Notes under the pieces: model-generated | Told to the model about the DNA's origin: nothing | Database searches by the model: none | Seen by the model: the letters and a program-made list of their open reading frames with translations, nothing else | Position numbers and translations under genes: made by a program | Shown: positions 30,597 through 39,418 of the stretch, piece after piece | Layout of the letters: each line of letters opens with the position of its first letter | Position numbering within the stretch: position 1 is the first letter of the stretch | From: an uncultured Alphaproteobacteria bacterium | GTDB taxonomy: Bacteria > Pseudomonadota > Alphaproteobacteria > Rhizobiales > Beijerinckiaceae | Reading direction: 5' to 3' | DNA length: 64,000 bases | Assembly (NCBI GenBank): GCA_963828185.1 | Contig: CAWHDV010000008.1 | Coordinates: 126,029-190,028, forward strand

Positions 30597-32063
30597 CTAA
30601 CGGTCGCAGCCTGCCACGGTCAGCCCGAAGCTCGCCTCGTTGATTGCGTAATCCATCATGTTCGAGTCATGCACGGTGAAGGGAAAGGCGCGCCAGTTCG
30701 AGAACGAGGGAGACTTGATTTTTACTCGCGCCAGTTTGCCGTCCGTACCGACATGAATAGCGTAGAAGACCGATCCGCGCGGTCCCTCGGCCCATCCCAA
30801 TCCTTCGGACAAGGCGGGCGCATCACAGGGCGAGCGCACCTCTCCCGGCTCAAGCAGGAGGAGGACGCGCTGGCAGAGAACAAAGGCCGCTTCGACTTCC
30901 GCGATGCGAATTCGCGCGCGGGCGTATGCGTCGCCTTCGCCAAGCGTCATCACCGTCAAGGGAAGCTCGGCGTAATGCGCATAGGGATGGTCGCGGCGCA
31001 GATCGCGATCGAGGCCGGAAGCGCGCTCCACCGGCCCTGTCGCGCCCTGGTCGAAAGCGATGTGCTGGCGAAGCCGCCCCGTCGTGATCAGGCGGTCGAG
31101 ATGGCTTTCCGATGCTTCCAGGCGACCAACATAGGACACGAATTCGCCCCGCAACGCCTCCAGCGCCTCTCCCAGCCATTGGCCAGGCGCCAGGTCGCGG
31201 CGCAAGCCGCCTGGCGTGAGAAGGCTGCGCAGGAAGCGACTGCCGGTCAACCGCGCGTTCAGTTGCTTGGCCTTTTCCTCAAGCAGCTTTCCCTGCGCCT
31301 CGCCGACTTTGAGCGTCGTGGTGTGGCAGAGATGGCCGAAATAATGCAGATGGTTGTAAAGACGTTCAAGCTCCGCGAGCAGAACGCGAAGAGCGCGGGC
31401 GCGAACGGGTATTTCGCATTCCGCCGCGCTTTCCACCGCCTGGCAATAGGCCAAAGCATGCGCGACGGAGCCGACGCCGGAGACGCGTTCCGCCACCACG
31501 ACCGCAGGACCCGGCGAACAGCCTTCAAACCGCGTCTCCATCCCTCGGTGTTTGAAGAAAAGCCGCGGCTGATAGTGGATGATGTGCTCGCCGACATAAA
31601 AGAACACAAATTCCGCGGATTCGAAAACGTCTCCCCTTACCGGCCCGAACGGGAGTTGCTGCACGTCCTTTGCGTCGAGGGCTGGAAGGTGCTGCCGGCC
31701 GTTCAACGGCTTACGTTCAACCAGCTCCTCCCCGTTGACCTGCGACGCAGCGCCCTCGCGAAGCACCAGCCGGTAAGGCTCGGGATGATCGGTGAATTGC
31801 ACACCGTGGAGATCCATCATTTCGCGTTCGTACCAGGACAGGAGCGGCCATATTTGCGCGAGACTCGGGACCGTGGCCGCCGATGGCAGGATCCAGATTT
31901 CGAAACCTTGCCGGCCGGGCAACGCGACGACATAGCGGATTTCGATTTCGCCATCTTGCGACCACGCATAGGCGAACTGCATGCGACCGCCCGCATCGCG
32001 CAGCGCCTGCGCGTGCGCGGCGAGCGCGTCTGTGGTGATCGCTTTGATCCGCGCGCCTTTCAT
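30597..32063 (-). CDS. Large subunit, NuoC/D-HyfG-like, lacking both [NiFe]-binding CxxC motifs (EhrL type)
   Basis: ERVSGVGSVAH in place of RxCGxC; C-terminus SFGLTVAGCDR in place of DPCxxC; EGPRG and KSPSFSNW retained. Start MKGARIK at 32063. Confidence 0.9.
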   Translation of the reverse strand: MKGARIKAITTDALAAHAQALRDAGGRMQFAYAWSQDGEIEIRYVVALPGRQGFEIWILPSAATVPSLAQIWPLLSWYEREMMDLHGVQFTDHPEPYRLVLREGAASQVNGEELVERKPLNGRQHLPALDAKDVQQLPFGPVRGDVFESAEFVFFYVGEHIIHYQPRLFFKHRGMETRFEGCSPGPAVVVAERVSGVGSVAHALAYCQAVESAAECEIPVRARALRVLLAELERLYNHLHYFGHLCHTTTLKVGEAQGKLLEEKAKQLNARLTGSRFLRSLLTPGGLRRDLAPGQWLGEALEALRGEFVSYVGRLEASESHLDRLITTGRLRQHIAFDQGATGPVERASGLDRDLRRDHPYAHYAELPLTVMTLGEGDAYARARIRIAEVEAAFVLCQRVLLLLEPGEVRSPCDAPALSEGLGWAEGPRGSVFYAIHVGTDGKLARVKIKSPSFSNWRAFPFTVHDSNMMDYAINEASFGLTVAGCDR

Positions 32064-32070
32064 CGCTTGC

Positions 32071-33541
32071 TCACATTGGGTTGCCGGGCGTGAGGGCTTG
32101 GGCGATGGTGACGAAATGGTCCCACAATTGCTGCGGCCACCACAGACCCAGGAAAAAAAGCGGCAATATCGCCAGCCACATGGGCGCGAGGCGCCAGGCG
32201 TCGATCGGGGGCGGCGCCTTGCGTCTCGCGCCGCCGCTCTCGAAATACATCTGCCGGAAGTGATTGAGGAATCCGACAAATATCACGACGAGAAGGACGG
32301 CGATCAGCGCGACCAGCGGCCAATGCGATTGCGTGAGACCAGCGCGCATGATCGTTAACTCGCTTTGGAACAGCCCGAAGGGGGCGCCCGGTAATGGCGA
32401 CGGCTCCGGCGAGCCAGAGCCCGCCGAGAACCGGCAGCCTCTCGCCGACGAGGTGAATGCCGTGAATGCGCTTGGCGCCATAGGCGCGCATCACGCTGCC
32501 CGCTCCGAAGAACATCGCCGACTTGTTGAGGGAATGATTCAGCATGTGGTAAAGCGCGCCCGCGACGCCGAGCGAGCCGCCGAGTCCGAAGCCGATGGCG
32601 ATCATTCCCATGTGCTCCACGCTCGAATAGGCCATCAACCGCTTGATCCCGGTCTGGCGAACGATGAAGAGCGCGGCCACGAACAGCGAGACGGCGCCCA
32701 ATGTGATGACGGCGCCACGCGCCAGCGCCGCAATTCCCACGGCGTCGGCGATGGCGAGGTAACGCACGATCCCGACCATGGCCGTGTTGAGCAGCGCGCC
32801 CGACAGCAAGGCCGACACAGGCGCGGGACCTTCGCTATGGGCGTCGGGCAGCCATGTATGCATGGGGGCGAGGCCGGCTTTCGTGCCGTAGCCGATGAGC
32901 ACAAGCAAAAATGCAAGCGAGACCAGGGCGGGATTGAGGCGCGGCGCGACCTGGCGCAGCACATCCCAGGTCATGTCGTAGGTCGGGCCGAGGACGAATG
33001 TCCCGCTCCAATAGAACAGGACCGTGCCCAGCAGCGCCAGGCTGATCCCCGCCGAGACGATGATGATGTATTTCCAGGCGGCTTCGATGCTGGCCGCCTC
33101 GTGCTCGAATGCGACGAGGAAAGTGCTGATGAGGGTCGTCAGCTCGATCGCGATCCAGTAAAGCCCGGCGTTGTTCATCAACGGGGCGATCAACGTGCTC
33201 AGAGCAAATCCCGCGAACATCGCGTAAAAGCGATTGAGGCGTTGGGGTTTGTCGAGGAGGCGCATGTAGCCGACGGCATAGATCGACGCCAGGAAGTAGA
33301 CGATCGCCGCACAAAAAATCGACCAGGCGCCGAGCCCGTCGATGACGATGTAGCCATCCAGGAATGTGGTCGGCCCGCATGGCGCGATCAGCAGAATGGC
33401 GCAGATCGAGGCCAGCGAGACGGCGCTCGCTGACAGGTTGAGCAGTTCCGCGGCGCGCGGCCCTCTCGTGACCGCGATAAGGAAGATTGCGACCGCGGGC
33501 GCCAGGGTCATCGTTGCAACGAGTGGTCCGACCGCGCCCAT
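32071..33541 (-). CDS. Proton-conducting membrane subunit, HyfF/NuoM-like; frameshift at about 32385
   Basis: WIAIELTTL, EAAWKY, GYGTKAGLAPMHTWLPDAHSE, MAYSSVEHMG. AITG-APPFGLFQSE is restored by two extra bases in the G/C runs at 32380-32389. Confidence 0.88.
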
Positions 33542-34221
33542 CAGCCCACCAGACGCTTGAGGTGGAGGGAGCTGGTCGTGCCGACGTGGGTCAAAAGGTA
33601 CTGAACCAGGACGCCAAAGCACGCCACGACGATGAGAAGATCGAAGAGGATGACGATCTCGATCAGAAGCGGCATGCCCGGCACGAGGATTTGCGCGCCG
33701 AGGAAAACGCCGTTCTCCAAGACGAGCAGGCCGAGAATTTGACTGACCGCCTCATGGCGAACCGAAAGCATCAAAAAGCCGATGAGTTTCATCGACAACA
33801 TCACGGTTAGCGCGAGGACCGCGACCGTTCCGGCGAGACCCAACGCTTCGCCGATACGATAGGAGACGGCCAGCGCAAAGATCACGGCAAAGGCGCCGAC
33901 GACGAGGCTCGAACTCGCCTGCAAGATGACATGCGCTTCGCGGCTGACCTCGAGGCGGCGGATGATCCTGAGGATCAGATAGGGCAGCAGCAGTCCGCGG
34001 AATGCGGCAGTGAGAATGGCGACAATGTAGAGTTCGGCATAGTTTCCATAGAACCCGACGGCGGCCGATAATGCAGCGATCAGCCACGACTGGGCTGCGA
34101 AGGCGAACATGTAATGGCGCAATGAATGCGACCCGAGCATCACGAAGGCGAGCAGCAGGCTGCCAATCGCCAACAGGCTGAACAGCGAAGCAGGAAGAGG
34201 AGCGAGGTGCGCTGCAAGCAT
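33541..34221 (-). CDS. HyfE-like membrane subunit (C-terminal NuoK-like region)
   Basis: Hydrophobic; SQILGLLVLENGVFL and EIVILFDLL motifs; position between hyfC- and hyfF-like genes. Confidence 0.85.
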   Translation of the reverse strand: MLAAHLAPLPASLFSLLAIGSLLLAFVMLGSHSLRHYMFAFAAQSWLIAALSAAVGFYGNYAELYIVAILTAAFRGLLLPYLILRIIRRLEVSREAHVILQASSSLVVGAFAVIFALAVSYRIGEALGLAGTVAVLALTVMLSMKLIGFLMLSVRHEAVSQILGLLVLENGVFLGAQILVPGMPLLIEIVILFDLLIVVACFGVLVQYLLTHVGTTSSLHLKRLVG

Positions 34222-34225
34222 GGGG

Positions 34226-35173
34226 TCAACTCAGCTGCGTGCCGACGATGGCGAGGATTGCGAGAAGAAACGACGCGGCAAGCGGCTCCTGGTAACGGTA
34301 AAATCGAAGGCGCGACTGGACGGTCTCGACAAAGACCACGACGCAGCCGACGACAAGAAATTTGGCGAGAAGTGCGGCGATCGATCCGACGACGCCGAGC
34401 GCCGTTCCCTCGGTGGACAAGGCCCAGGGAAAGAGCAGCACATTCGAGAAAATCGTGTAGAGGATGAACTGCTTCATCATCGAGGCCCACTTCAGGATGG
34501 CGAGCATCGGACCGGAATATTCGAGGATGCGCGCCTCGTCGATCATGTAGATTTCGATATGCGTGCTGGAATGGATCGGCAGCCGGTCGGTCTCGACAAG
34601 CAGCAGGACGAAGAAGGCGGCGACCAGGAACAAGTGCGTCGGCCCCCAGTAGATCGAGGGCTGCGCCACCAGCAGGTGATTGACGACAAAAGGGAGCATC
34701 GCCTTCGCCAGCAACGTGATTCCGACGAAGACCAAAATCAGCGTGGGCTCGGCGAGAATGGTGACCATGACGGCCCGGCTCGAGCCGATGCCGCCATAGG
34801 CGCTACGGGTGTCGAGACCGGCGAGCGTGAACATGAACGAGCCGAGCGTGAGTATCAGGCCGCCGCCAAGGATATCGCCCATGTCGGACAGCGGCAGCGG
34901 ATAGTTCGTCAGGACGGGAATGAGAATTGGAACCGTCAAGGTCGTGGTGAACGCGACGATCGGCGCCACCCAATACAACCACGACGCGGTGTCGGGAAAG
35001 ACGATCTGCTTGTGGAACAGCTTCCAGAGGTCGCGATAGGGTTGGAGGACGCCCGGCCCCTGGCCTCTCTGCGCCCGTTCTTCAAACTGGAGGATGACGC
35101 CCTGCAGGAGAGGAGCGAACAGCAGCGTCGCGAGAACCTGTGCTATCTGCAGAAGAACGTCCCGAACGGTCAT
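34226..35173 (-). CDS. HyfC/HycD/NuoH-like membrane subunit
   Basis: GPGVLQPYRDLWKLFHK, GGIGSSRAVM, ETDRLP, LEYSGP, ETVQSRLRF. Confidence 0.9.
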   Translation of the reverse strand: MTVRDVLLQIAQVLATLLFAPLLQGVILQFEERAQRGQGPGVLQPYRDLWKLFHKQIVFPDTASWLYWVAPIVAFTTTLTVPILIPVLTNYPLPLSDMGDILGGGLILTLGSFMFTLAGLDTRSAYGGIGSSRAVMVTILAEPTLILVFVGITLLAKAMLPFVVNHLLVAQPSIYWGPTHLFLVAAFFVLLLVETDRLPIHSSTHIEIYMIDEARILEYSGPMLAILKWASMMKQFILYTIFSNVLLFPWALSTEGTALGVVGSIAALLAKFLVVGCVVVFVETVQSRLRFYRYQEPLAASFLLAILAIVGTQLS

Positions 35174-35250
35174 TGGACAGTTCTCGGCAAGCCGCGCCAA
35201 ATGGCTGCGAACTGCGAACGATCAGGGACAAGGGGAAATCGCTCTTTCAA
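35170..35250 (-). CDS. Putative 26-aa leader ORF between the riboswitch and the hyfC-like gene
   Basis: SD GGGAG (35263-35259), 8 nt, TTG 35250; MKERFPLVPDRSQFAAIWRGLPRTVQ; its TGA overlaps the hyfC-like ATG (ATGA). Confidence 0.45.
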   Translation of the reverse strand: MKERFPLVPDRSQFAAIWRGLPRTVQ

Positions 35251-35281
35251 GGCGCACACTCCCATCTGCCAAAATTGGCTC

Positions 35282-35333
35282 GACAGGAGTCATCAGCCCT
35301 GGGGGCGGTTAGATGGCGAACTCCATCACCACG
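35282..35333 (-). ncRNA. Fluoride riboswitch (crcB motif) aptamer
   Basis: GGUGA-U-GGAGU-UCGCC-AUCUAACC-GCCC-CCA-GGGC-UGAUG-ACUCC-UGUC. P1 GGUGA/UCGCC, pseudoknot GGAGU/ACUCC, P2 GCCC/GGGC and the conserved URAUG are all present. Confidence 0.92.
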
Positions 35334-35339
35334 GCGCTT

Positions 35340-35368
35340 AGGCTGCGCGCGGCGCCATGACTTGTCAA
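35340..35368 (-). promoter_or_regulatory. sigma70-type promoter driving the riboswitch-Ehr transcript
   Basis: Perfect TTGACA (35368-35363), 17 nt, CAGCCT (nAnnnT-type -10), placing +1 a few nt before the aptamer. Confidence 0.7.
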
Positions 35369-35577
35369 GAGGCGTCGCCGTCCAGTTCGGATCGATCTTT
35401 GCTGACAATCTGATGCCCCTGCCAAGCCGACGGTCTATCCAACATTCAGGGGCGACCCATCGTTCCATGGTTCTCGTTGGCGCATTCGGCTTCAGCTTCC
35501 AGGCGCGAACGCTTCCGACTGACGAGCAGACGATCATGACGAGAAACCGAGGTCTGTTCAGGCGCGGGACTCGGCCT

Positions 35578-35640
35578 GCGCCGCCATGAGCGCGGGCGAT
35601 TTCCGAGGCGATATAAAGCCCCAGCCCCGATCCCTGTTTG
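35578..35640 (-). pseudogene. Histidine kinase ATPase-domain remnant
   Basis: Encodes KQGSGLGLYIASEIARAHGG (G2 box) with no kinase-like sequence on either side. Confidence 0.65.
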
Positions 35641-35806
35641 CTTGGACTGTTACGCTCAATTTTAGCGGCGCCCGACGCGTCCGTCCTTCGCGCCATGTGT
35701 CAGGGCGTTCGCGACCAGATTGGAAAGCAACCGCGTCACGTTGCTCCATGTGCACGGACGCGAATGGGAGCTTTGCAATCCGCATATCGCGGACAAAGAC
35801 ATCCGC

Positions 35807-36169
35807 TCAACGGCCTTGCAGAGGAGCGTGGAAACTCTGCCCGGCGGGATTGTACAGCGCCGGCCAGCCCCGGCGGTTGGAATAGTCGGTCATGCTGAGG
35901 CCAAACAGGAACAACAGCCAGAAGAAGCCGCTGGCCGCGAACATCCACTTCAGCGTCGGCGGCCCCTTCAAGCGCATGAACAGGCTGAACAGGATCGCGG
36001 TCTGGGTCGCAGCGACGCAGAACTCGGCGATCGGCCCCCACTTGCCGAGCCCGAGGAAAGCCGTCCACAAACTGGCGCCGCCGAGCAGCATCATGACCAG
36101 CCAGGCGACGACGAAGGGCGCCGCCCGCGCGCGCCTCGCGTCGGTCTCGATTTTCGGCGCGGCGCTCAT
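35807..36169 (-). CDS. Cytochrome c oxidase subunit IV family protein
   Basis: Small three-TM protein (ILFSLFMRLK..FFWLLFLFGLSMTDY); last gene of the cox cluster, ATGA overlap. Confidence 0.8.
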   Translation of the reverse strand: MSAAPKIETDARRARAAPFVVAWLVMMLLGGASLWTAFLGLGKWGPIAEFCVAATQTAILFSLFMRLKGPPTLKWMFAASGFFWLLFLFGLSMTDYSNRRGWPALYNPAGQSFHAPLQGR

Positions 36170-36816
36170 GAGCGGCCTACCAGGTAAATGCACGGGTAGA
36201 GGTAAAGCCAGACCGTATCGACGAAGCTCCAGTAGATGCCGACAACTTCGATCGGCGCGAAATAGGCGGGCGTGATCTCGCCCCTGCGAATTTTCCACAG
36301 CAGGATATAGAGGACGAGGCCGATGCCGATCGTCAGATGGATGGCGTGCAGCCCGGTCGCGACCCAATAGAACACCCAGAACAATTCGCCGGCCGGCCCT
36401 TCGCCCGGCTTCGCCACGTAATTGACGACCGGAACGACCTTGTCCTGAAAGTCGAGATAATATTCGAAGCCCTTGACCCCCAGGAAGAGGAGGCCGAGCG
36501 CCACGGTCGCCACGAGCCAGCGGACCATGGTCTTGCGCCGCCCCTGCGCCGCGGCGTTGACGGCGAGCACCATGGTCAGGCTGCTGGTCAGCAGCAGCGC
36601 AAAATTGACGCTGCCGCACCACAGCACGGCCTCCTTGCCCGCGACGGCGAAATCATGCGGATAGGCCAGGCGGTAGATGAAATAGGCGAAGATCAACGCG
36701 CCGAAAAAAATCGTTTCATTGACCAGGAACACCCACATGCCCAGTTCAGCCGTATCGCCTTGCTGCTCGAGGCTCGCATATTGCACTTCGGGGCGCAGGA
36801 CGACGTCAGCCGGCAT
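36166..36816 (-). CDS. coxC: Cytochrome c oxidase subunit III
   Basis: LGMWVFLVNETIFFG, LLTSSLTM, ATGLHAIH, YWSFVDTVW. Confidence 0.92.
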   Translation of the reverse strand: MPADVVLRPEVQYASLEQQGDTAELGMWVFLVNETIFFGALIFAYFIYRLAYPHDFAVAGKEAVLWCGSVNFALLLTSSLTMVLAVNAAAQGRRKTMVRWLVATVALGLLFLGVKGFEYYLDFQDKVVPVVNYVAKPGEGPAGELFWVFYWVATGLHAIHLTIGIGLVLYILLWKIRRGEITPAYFAPIEVVGIYWSFVDTVWLYLYPCIYLVGRS

Positions 36817-38476
36817 GCGTGACTCCTTCCTGGGTAGTATAACGGCCATCTTCTGGATCGTAGGCATAGGGTCCGCGCGTGACGACCGGCGTTCGTTCGA
36901 AATTGTGCTTGTGCGGCGGCGACGGCGTGGTCCATTCGAGACCGGTGGCGCCCCACGGATTGGCCGTCGCCTTGCGGCCCCAGATCAGCGACCAGCCGAG
37001 ATAGAGGAGCGGCAGGACATAGGCGACGGCGAGGATCGAGGCGCCCGCTGACGACAGGAGGTTCCACGACTGCCATTCGGCCGGATAGGTGTAGGACCGC
37101 CTGGGCATGCCGAGATAGCCGAGGATGAATTGCGGGAAGAAGGTGAGGTTGAAGCCGACATAGGTGAGGATGGCCGCCAGCCGCGCCCAGCTTTCCGGAA
37201 ACATCCGTCCCGTCATTTTCGGCCACCAGTAGTGCAGCGCGCCGAAGAAGGCGCTCACGGTGGCGCCCACCATGATGTAGTGGAAATGGGCGACGACAAA
37301 ATAGGTTCCGTGCACGTCGACATCGATGGCCAGCGTCGCCAGCATCAGGCCGGTGAGGCCGCCGAGCGTGAACAGGAGAACGAAGCCCAGCGCATAAAGC
37401 ATCGCCGCGTCGAAGACGATTTTGCCCTTGTGCAAGCTGACGGTCCAGTTGAACACCTTGATCGCCGAGGGCACGGCGACGAAGAACGTCAGCAGGGAAA
37501 AGACGATGGCGGAATAGATCGAAATTCCGGCCACGAACATGTGATGCGCCCATACGAAGAAGCTGAGGATGGCGATCGACATCAAGGCGATGGTCATGCC
37601 CCTGTATCCGAAAATCGGCCGGCGGGCGAAACAGGGAATGATCTCGCTCACCACGCCCATGCCGGGCAGGATCATGATGTAGACGGCAGGATGCGAGTAG
37701 AACCAGAACATGTGCTGCCACAGCAGCGGATCGCCACCGTGGGCCGGGTCGAACAGCCCGACGCCGATGAACCTCTCGACCGCGAGCAAAAACGTGTCCA
37801 TCGCCAGGACCGGCGTCGCCGTCAGCATCACCACGCTCACCGCGTAAATGGCCCAGACGAACAGCGGCAAACGCATCCAGGTCATGCCCGGCGCGCGCAT
37901 GCGGTGGATCGTGACGACGAAGTTCAACCCGGTCATGATCGACGAGAAGCCGTTGATGAAAACCGCGAAGGCCGCCGCGAACATGTAGCCGTTGGCGTAG
38001 ATGGTCGAGAGCGGCGGGTAGAACGTCCAGCCGGCGTTGGCGCCGCCCATGATCAGCGCGTAAAGCACGACCAGCCCGGACAGGTTGAACACGTACCAGC
38101 TGAGCAGATTGAGGCGCGGGAAGGCGAGATCGCGCGCGCCGATCATCATGGGGATGAAGAAATTGCCGAAGGTCGCGGGTATCGACGGGATCAGGAAGAA
38201 CCAGACCATGATGATCCCGTGCATGGTGAACATGCGGTTGTAGACAGCGGGCTGCAGCAGGCCTCCCGGCGTTGCGAGGTTCAATCGCATCAGCGTCGCG
38301 GCGAAGCCGCCGATGAAGAAGAAAAACGTGATCGAGGCGAAGAAGAGCAGCGCAATGCGCTTGTGATCCTTGGTCAGGAGCCACGAGCCGATGGTGTTCT
38401 CCACGCCCAGGTAGCTGGGTTCGGCCGATGCGGGCGCCTCGCCCGGTGGGACGCGTTCGACGGCGGTCGCTGTCAT
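36806..38476 (-). CDS. coxA: Cytochrome c oxidase subunit I, A2 type (YSHPAVY)
   Basis: TKDHKRI, FTMHGIIM, WFYSHPAVY, VWAHHMF, VAHFHYIM. Confidence 0.96.
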   Translation of the reverse strand: MTATAVERVPPGEAPASAEPSYLGVENTIGSWLLTKDHKRIALLFFASITFFFFIGGFAATLMRLNLATPGGLLQPAVYNRMFTMHGIIMVWFFLIPSIPATFGNFFIPMMIGARDLAFPRLNLLSWYVFNLSGLVVLYALIMGGANAGWTFYPPLSTIYANGYMFAAAFAVFINGFSSIMTGLNFVVTIHRMRAPGMTWMRLPLFVWAIYAVSVVMLTATPVLAMDTFLLAVERFIGVGLFDPAHGGDPLLWQHMFWFYSHPAVYIMILPGMGVVSEIIPCFARRPIFGYRGMTIALMSIAILSFFVWAHHMFVAGISIYSAIVFSLLTFFVAVPSAIKVFNWTVSLHKGKIVFDAAMLYALGFVLLFTLGGLTGLMLATLAIDVDVHGTYFVVAHFHYIMVGATVSAFFGALHYWWPKMTGRMFPESWARLAAILTYVGFNLTFFPQFILGYLGMPRRSYTYPAEWQSWNLLSSAGASILAVAYVLPLLYLGWSLIWGRKATANPWGATGLEWTTPSPPHKHNFERTPVVTRGPYAYDPEDGRYTTQEGVTHAG

Positions 38477-39414
38477 TGCACGGTCTCCTTTGCCAGCGAT
38501 TTGATGTAGGCGACCAGCTTCAGGATATCGCCCTCGCTGAGCTGGCCAGCGAAATCGGGCATGAGCGGCGCGTAGCCGGCGACGGTGAAGCTGCGCGGAT
38601 TGACGATGCAGTCATGGATATACGCTTCGTTGGCGACGCGGACGGATTGATCCTCCATGTGGACCATCGTGCCGTAGAGCCCGACGAGCGAAGGCGCATG
38701 CACCGTGCCGCCGGGATCGTGGCAGCCGCTGCAGCCATGCGCGCGAAACAGCGCCTCGCCCTGCTCGGCGAGCGACGCGCGCACGCCTTGCCCGGTGAGC
38801 CAGCGCGCGTAATCGGGCGCCGACATGACGATCACCTCGCCCTGCATTTTAGCGTGCCGGAGCCCGCAGAACTGAGTGCAGGCGAGAAAGTAGGAGCCTG
38901 TCTTGTCGGCCTTGAACCACAAGGTCTCGAGCGTGCCCGGCACGACGTCGTGCTTGACGCGGAAAGCGGGCACGAAGAAGCTGTGAATGACGTCCTGCGA
39001 CGCCATCGCCAGCCGGATGGTCTTGTTGACCGGCACGTGGAGCGTGTTGATCTCGCGCTGGCCGCCGGGATGCTCGATCTTCCACATCCAGCGCTTGCCG
39101 ACGACATAGATCTCCTCGTCGCCCGCGGGCGCCTGGAACAGCCAGACATAGAGCTCCGCGCCCCATACGAAAAGGACGAGAAAAAGGCCCAGCGTCGCCG
39201 TGGTCCAGCCGAGTTCGAAACGCCAGGTTTTCGCGGCGAGATTGGCGCGCGAAGCGCTGCTGTCGCGACGATAGCGGACGCAGAAGACCAGCATCATCGC
39301 GACGACGGTCGCCATGATCAGTCCGCTCAGCATCAGTTCGGCGACGAAGAGGCGATTGACCGCCGTGGCGTTGATGGCGGCCGTGTCGGGCCAGAACGGG
39401 ATCCAGCGCCCCAT
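38473..39414 (-). CDS. coxB: Cytochrome c oxidase subunit II with fused cytochrome c (caa3 type)
   Basis: CuA ligands HSFF..CTQFCGLRHAKM; C-terminal heme c motif CSGCH and Met in LMP. Confidence 0.95.
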   Translation of the reverse strand: MGRWIPFWPDTAAINATAVNRLFVAELMLSGLIMATVVAMMLVFCVRYRRDSSASRANLAAKTWRFELGWTTATLGLFLVLFVWGAELYVWLFQAPAGDEEIYVVGKRWMWKIEHPGGQREINTLHVPVNKTIRLAMASQDVIHSFFVPAFRVKHDVVPGTLETLWFKADKTGSYFLACTQFCGLRHAKMQGEVIVMSAPDYARWLTGQGVRASLAEQGEALFRAHGCSGCHDPGGTVHAPSLVGLYGTMVHMEDQSVRVANEAYIHDCIVNPRSFTVAGYAPLMPDFAGQLSEGDILKLVAYIKSLAKETVQ

Positions 39415-39418
39415 GGAG

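Noticed and set aside
27816-35173. Formate hydrogenlyase / hydrogenase-4 call
   Set aside because: The large subunit lacks the NiFe cysteines, and there are no fdhF or hyp genes in the window.
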